DNA of 27,563 nt. Source: Polyangiaceae bacterium (GTDB lineage: Bacteria; Myxococcota_A; Polyangia; Polyangiales; Polyangiaceae). Positions 24,262-27,563 of this stretch are shown one piece after another. Position 1 is the stretch's first letter, and each line of letters begins with the position of its first letter. The notes beneath the pieces were generated by a model, which was not told the origin of the DNA, ran no database searches, and saw only the letters and a list, made by a program, of their open reading frames with translations. Both the position numbers and the translations under genes were made by a program. The stretch covers positions 1-27,563 of the forward strand of contig JBGANF010000106.1 of NCBI GenBank assembly GCA_044222475.1, given 5' to 3'.

Positions 24262-25674
24262 ATGGCACTCTTTTCCAAGGTACTCGTCGCCAACCGCGGT
24301 GAAATCGCGCGTCGGGTGATCCGCACGTGCAAGCGCCTGGGGATCTCGACCGTCGCCGTCCACTCCGAGGCCGACGCGGAAGCGCCGCACGTGACCGACG
24401 CCGACGAAGCGGTCGCGATCGGACCGGCCGCCGCCAAGGACTCGTACCTGAGCATCCCGGCGATCCTCGCCGCGATCGAGAAGACCGGCGCGACCGCCGT
24501 GCACCCCGGCTACGGGTTCCTCAGCGAGAAGAGCGCCTTCGCGGCCGCGCTGGCCGAGCGGGGCGTCACGTTCGTCGGCCCTCCGCCGAAGGTACTCGAC
24601 TCGTTCGGCGACAAGATGCGCGCGCGCCACGTCGCGCTCGCGGCCGGGACGTCGCCGGTGCCAGGCACCGACGAGCCGATCCCGATCGACACGCCGGAGG
24701 AGATCGCCGCGGTCCACGCCGTCGCCGCGCGCATCGGGTACCCCCTCGTCGCCAAGGCCGTCGGCGGCGGCGGCGGCATCGGCATGCAGGTCGTGCGCGA
24801 GGAGTCCCAGCTCGATCGCGCGCTGAAGAGCTGCTCCGACCGCGGCAAGGCGTCGTTCGCCGACGCTCGCGTCTACCTCGAGCGGTACATGACCGAGCCG
24901 CGCCACATCGAGGTGCAGATCTTCGCCGACACGCACGGGAGCTTCTACGCCCTCGGCGAGCGCGAGTGCAGCCTCCAGCGGCGGCACCAGAAGATCGTCG
25001 AGGAGACGCCTTCGCCGGCGGCGTTCTTCCAAGGCGACGAGGGCGCGAAGCGCCGTAGCGCGCTGCACGAGGCCGCGCTGCGGGTCGTGCGTCACGTCGG
25101 CTACGTGGGCGCCGGCACGTGCGAGTTCATCGCCGACGGCGGGGGCAACCTCTACTTCCTCGAGGTGAACGCGCGCCTCCAGGTCGAGCACCCGGTGACC
25201 GAGATGGTGACCGGGCTCGACCTCGTGGAGCTGCAGCTACGCGTCGCAGCGGGGGAGAAGCTACCCGACCTGTCGTCGTACCAAAAAGGTACCGGTCACT
25301 CGATCGAGGCGCGCATCTACGCCGAGGATCCGAGCAAGGGCTTCATCCCGAAGCCGGGCCCCATCGACGAGCTCGTCTGGGCCGGTCGCTCGGGTCCCGA
25401 CGCCGACGTCCAGACGAAGACGCTCCGCGTCGAGTCCGGCGTGCGAGCCGGCAACAAGGTGACTCCGTTCTACGATCCGATGATCGCCAAGCTCGTCGCC
25501 TGGGGCGAGACGCGCGCTGCCGCCATCGCCGAGCTCGATCGCGCGCTCGCCGCGTCCACCGTGGCGCCCTGCGTGACGAACATCGCGTTCCTCCGCAAGG
25601 CGCTCGCGTCGGACGAGCTCCAGCGCGGACACTACGACACGAGCTTCGCCGAGATCCTGGCGAAGCGCGGCTAG
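24262..25674 (+). CDS. Biotin carboxylase subunit of an acyl-CoA carboxylase (no fused BCCP domain), 470 aa
   Basis: KVLVANRGEIA, HPGYGFLSE, GGGGIGM, RECSLQRRHQK, FLEVNARLQVEHPVTE and YDPMIAKL. No biotinylation EAMKM motif. Confidence 0.92.
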   Translation: MALFSKVLVANRGEIARRVIRTCKRLGISTVAVHSEADAEAPHVTDADEAVAIGPAAAKDSYLSIPAILAAIEKTGATAVHPGYGFLSEKSAFAAALAERGVTFVGPPPKVLDSFGDKMRARHVALAAGTSPVPGTDEPIPIDTPEEIAAVHAVAARIGYPLVAKAVGGGGGIGMQVVREESQLDRALKSCSDRGKASFADARVYLERYMTEPRHIEVQIFADTHGSFYALGERECSLQRRHQKIVEETPSPAAFFQGDEGAKRRSALHEAALRVVRHVGYVGAGTCEFIADGGGNLYFLEVNARLQVEHPVTEMVTGLDLVELQLRVAAGEKLPDLSSYQKGTGHSIEARIYAEDPSKGFIPKPGPIDELVWAGRSGPDADVQTKTLRVESGVRAGNKVTPFYDPMIAKLVAWGETRAAAIAELDRALAASTVAPCVTNIAFLRKALASDELQRGHYDTSFAEILAKRG

Positions 25675-26243
25675 CGCGTCACGTCGACGTTGTAGACGGC
25701 ATCGCCGGACGTCGCCGTCCCGGTGATGTGAGTCGTCCCCGGCTTGCGCTCGACGATCTTCGCGTCGGTTGCGTTCGGCTGCAGCGTGCCCGAGAACGCG
25801 AGGTTCAGCGTGACCGACCCCTTGAGGTCCCCGTCCATGGTGTAGGTGCCGATCAGCGTTCCGTTGAGCGTCCCGTTCGGGATGCCCTTGAGCTGCATGT
25901 CCAGCTTGGGCGGCGTCGCGTCGTTCGTCGCGTAGGTGAGCTTTCCGTCGTCCGAGTAGGTGACGAGCTTCTCGACGAGGCGCATCCCCTTGTTGGCGGA
26001 TGCGCCTTGGTCGACCTGCCCGGTGATCGTCATCGTGCCGGTCTTCGCGCCGTTCGCGGTCTGCGGATCGATGTTGGCGCTCTTGGCGGCGTTGAAGCCT
26101 GCGAAGCCGAGCGTGATCGCCTTGTCGATCGAGGCATCGAGCCCGAGGTACGCCTTTTGGGCGTCCTCGGTCGAGGTGACGGCATTGCTGCTGCAGGCCA
26201 TCGCCGCAACGGCGACGATGGCGATTCCGAAGAGTCTCTTCAT
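25671..26243 (-). CDS. Hypothetical beta-rich lipoprotein, 190 aa
   Basis: MKRLFGIAIVAVAAMAC lipobox and a GAAGGA Shine-Dalgarno-like sequence upstream. Confidence 0.8.
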   Translation of the reverse strand: MKRLFGIAIVAVAAMACSSNAVTSTEDAQKAYLGLDASIDKAITLGFAGFNAAKSANIDPQTANGAKTGTMTITGQVDQGASANKGMRLVEKLVTYSDDGKLTYATNDATPPKLDMQLKGIPNGTLNGTLIGTYTMDGDLKGSVTLNLAFSGTLQPNATDAKIVERKPGTTHITGTATSGDAVYNVDVTR

Positions 26244-26258
26244 GTCGGGATTTCCTTC

Positions 26259-27563
26259 TCAGTTCGGCGGCGGGACGACGCAGCGGCCGCCCGTGCACGG
26301 CACGCCGTTGCAGCAGTCGCCGCTGACGGTGCAGGCCTGTCCGTAGAGCGCGCAGCCACCGTCGGTGGTCGTGCCACCGTCCGGAATCCCGCAGACGCCG
26401 TTGGTGCAAGGGAGGCCCTTGCAGCAGTCGCCGTTGGTCGTGCACTTGCTGCCCTCGGGCACGCAGGAGCCGCCGCAGATGAACGGCGGGTTGCCGTTCG
26501 GGTTCGGGAGGCAGGGGAGACCGCAGCAGTCGGCGCTCGACGAGCAGCCCTTGCCGACGAGAGATCCACCGTCGGGGCTCACGCCCGCGTCCTGGCAGCC
26601 ACCGACGCCGGTGCAGCGCGGGATGCCGTTCAGATCTTGCTGACAAACGAGCGGGTTCTGATTGACGTTGCCCGCGCAGCAGTTGTTTTCGGCGTTGCAG
26701 CTCGACGTCGCGAGCTTGCAGATCGCGCCCGCCGGGCGGCACGCGGTTCCGTTGTCGCAGCGACCGGCGCTCGCGTCGGGCGTCGCCTTGGAGCACGTCA
26801 CGCTTCCGTTGCCCCCGCCCTTGTTGTTGGCCGAGCCGCAGCAGTCGTCGCTGGTCGCGCAGATCTCACCGGTCGGCTTGCAGCCGCTCGGCGGCTGACA
26901 GACGCTGATGTTCGGGACGAGACCGGGCGCGCATGCGCGGCTGCAGCAGTTGCCGCCGCAGGCCGGGATGCCGCCGTCGCCGATGCCGCCGTCGAACGTG
27001 CCGCACACGATGCCGGCGATGTCGCAGCCGGTTCCGCCGGGCGCCGGCGGGACGGCGCAGGTGCCGACCGTAGCGTTCGGCGCCTTCACGCAGCTGTTGC
27101 CGCAGCAGTCGGAGTTCGCCTTGCAGATGTCGTTCGTCTGCCCGCAGAACGAGACCTGCTGGAGGCAGATGCCGCCCTGGCAGACCTTCGAGCAGCACTC
27201 GCCGCTGGTGGTGCACGAGTTGCCGGAGGTCTTGCAGCCCGCGCTGAGCGGCGCGCACTTGTTGGCCGTGCATACCTGGCCGCAGCACTCGCCGTTCTGG
27301 GTACACGGCTGGTTGTCGCTGACGCAGGACGTCGCGCATTTGCCGTTGACGCACCCCTTGGAACAGCAGTCGGTGCCGTTCACGCAGGTATCGTTAGCCG
27401 GCTTGCAGTTGATGGGGGCCCCACACACGCCGAGGCTCGTACAGTTCGCGCTGCAGCAGTCGGTCGGCTTCGTACACTGCGAGCCGGTCAGGCCGCACGC
27501 GCCGCCGTCGCCGACGATCTGGTCCGGGTTCGTGCCGTCGGTCGAGGCGTCGTCCACGACCAC
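26259..27563 (-). CDS. Cys-rich repeat surface protein (knottin/Dickkopf-N-like C-C-CC-C-C repeats), 5' partial
   Basis: About 11 repeats of C-x6-C-x5-CC-x3/4-C-x4+-C. The ORF runs off the window end. Confidence 0.85.
   Translation of the reverse strand: MVVDDASTDGTNPDQIVGDGGACGLTGSQCTKPTDCCSANCTSLGVCGAPINCKPANDTCVNGTDCCSKGCVNGKCATSCVSDNQPCTQNGECCGQVCTANKCAPLSAGCKTSGNSCTTSGECCSKVCQGGICLQQVSFCGQTNDICKANSDCCGNSCVKAPNATVGTCAVPPAPGGTGCDIAGIVCGTFDGGIGDGGIPACGGNCCSRACAPGLVPNISVCQPPSGCKPTGEICATSDDCCGSANNKGGGNGSVTCSKATPDASAGRCDNGTACRPAGAICKLATSSCNAENNCCAGNVNQNPLVCQQDLNGIPRCTGVGGCQDAGVSPDGGSLVGKGCSSSADCCGLPCLPNPNGNPPFICGGSCVPEGSKCTTNGDCCKGLPCTNGVCGIPDGGTTTDGGCALYGQACTVSGDCCNGVPCTGGRCVVPPPN

Noticed and set aside
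2188..26796. Numerous long Arg/Ala/Pro-rich alternative-frame and antisense ORFs (e.g. 2188-4107, 3879-6140, 11629-13866, 14328-16994, 18463-20583, 21923-24268)
   Set aside because: These are shadow ORFs expected from stop-codon scarcity in high-GC3 coding DNA; they fully overlap well-supported genes and show no motifs.

Overview
High-GC bacterial chromosomal segment. Its gene content (many lipoproteins with Cys-rich and DAG/DGG-linker regions, IgGFc-binding and IPT/TIG proteins, sigma54 promoters) suggests Myxococcota, probably Polyangiales; this is an inference. Housekeeping genes: ileS (type 2), bamA, a spinster-like MFS transporter, archaeal-type topoisomerase VI (top6B-top6A) and a biotin carboxylase. 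These are interspersed with about 9 surface lipoprotein or Cys-rich genes. The best candidate for an undescribed system is a DIP1984-family gene (9244-9702, minus). It is followed by, and overlaps, a ~200-nt structured RNA closed by a fully paired 26-bp stem whose three non-Watson-Crick positions are all G-U on the coding strand. The RNA contains two hairpins and eight consecutive 7-nt YACC-NNN repeats, suggesting a protein-RNA module. Other notable features: (1) a RAYT-like HUH/Y1 nuclease with a beta-clamp motif, directly next to a (CCGCTT)27+ microsatellite instead of classical REPs; (2) a ~100-aa double-psi-beta-barrel-like insertion in IleRS after a variant KESKS motif; (3) beta-clamp-binding-like motifs on Top6B tails; (4) two REP-like (CGCCAGG)3 inverted-repeat elements. 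All family assignments come from motif recognition by eye, not database searches.
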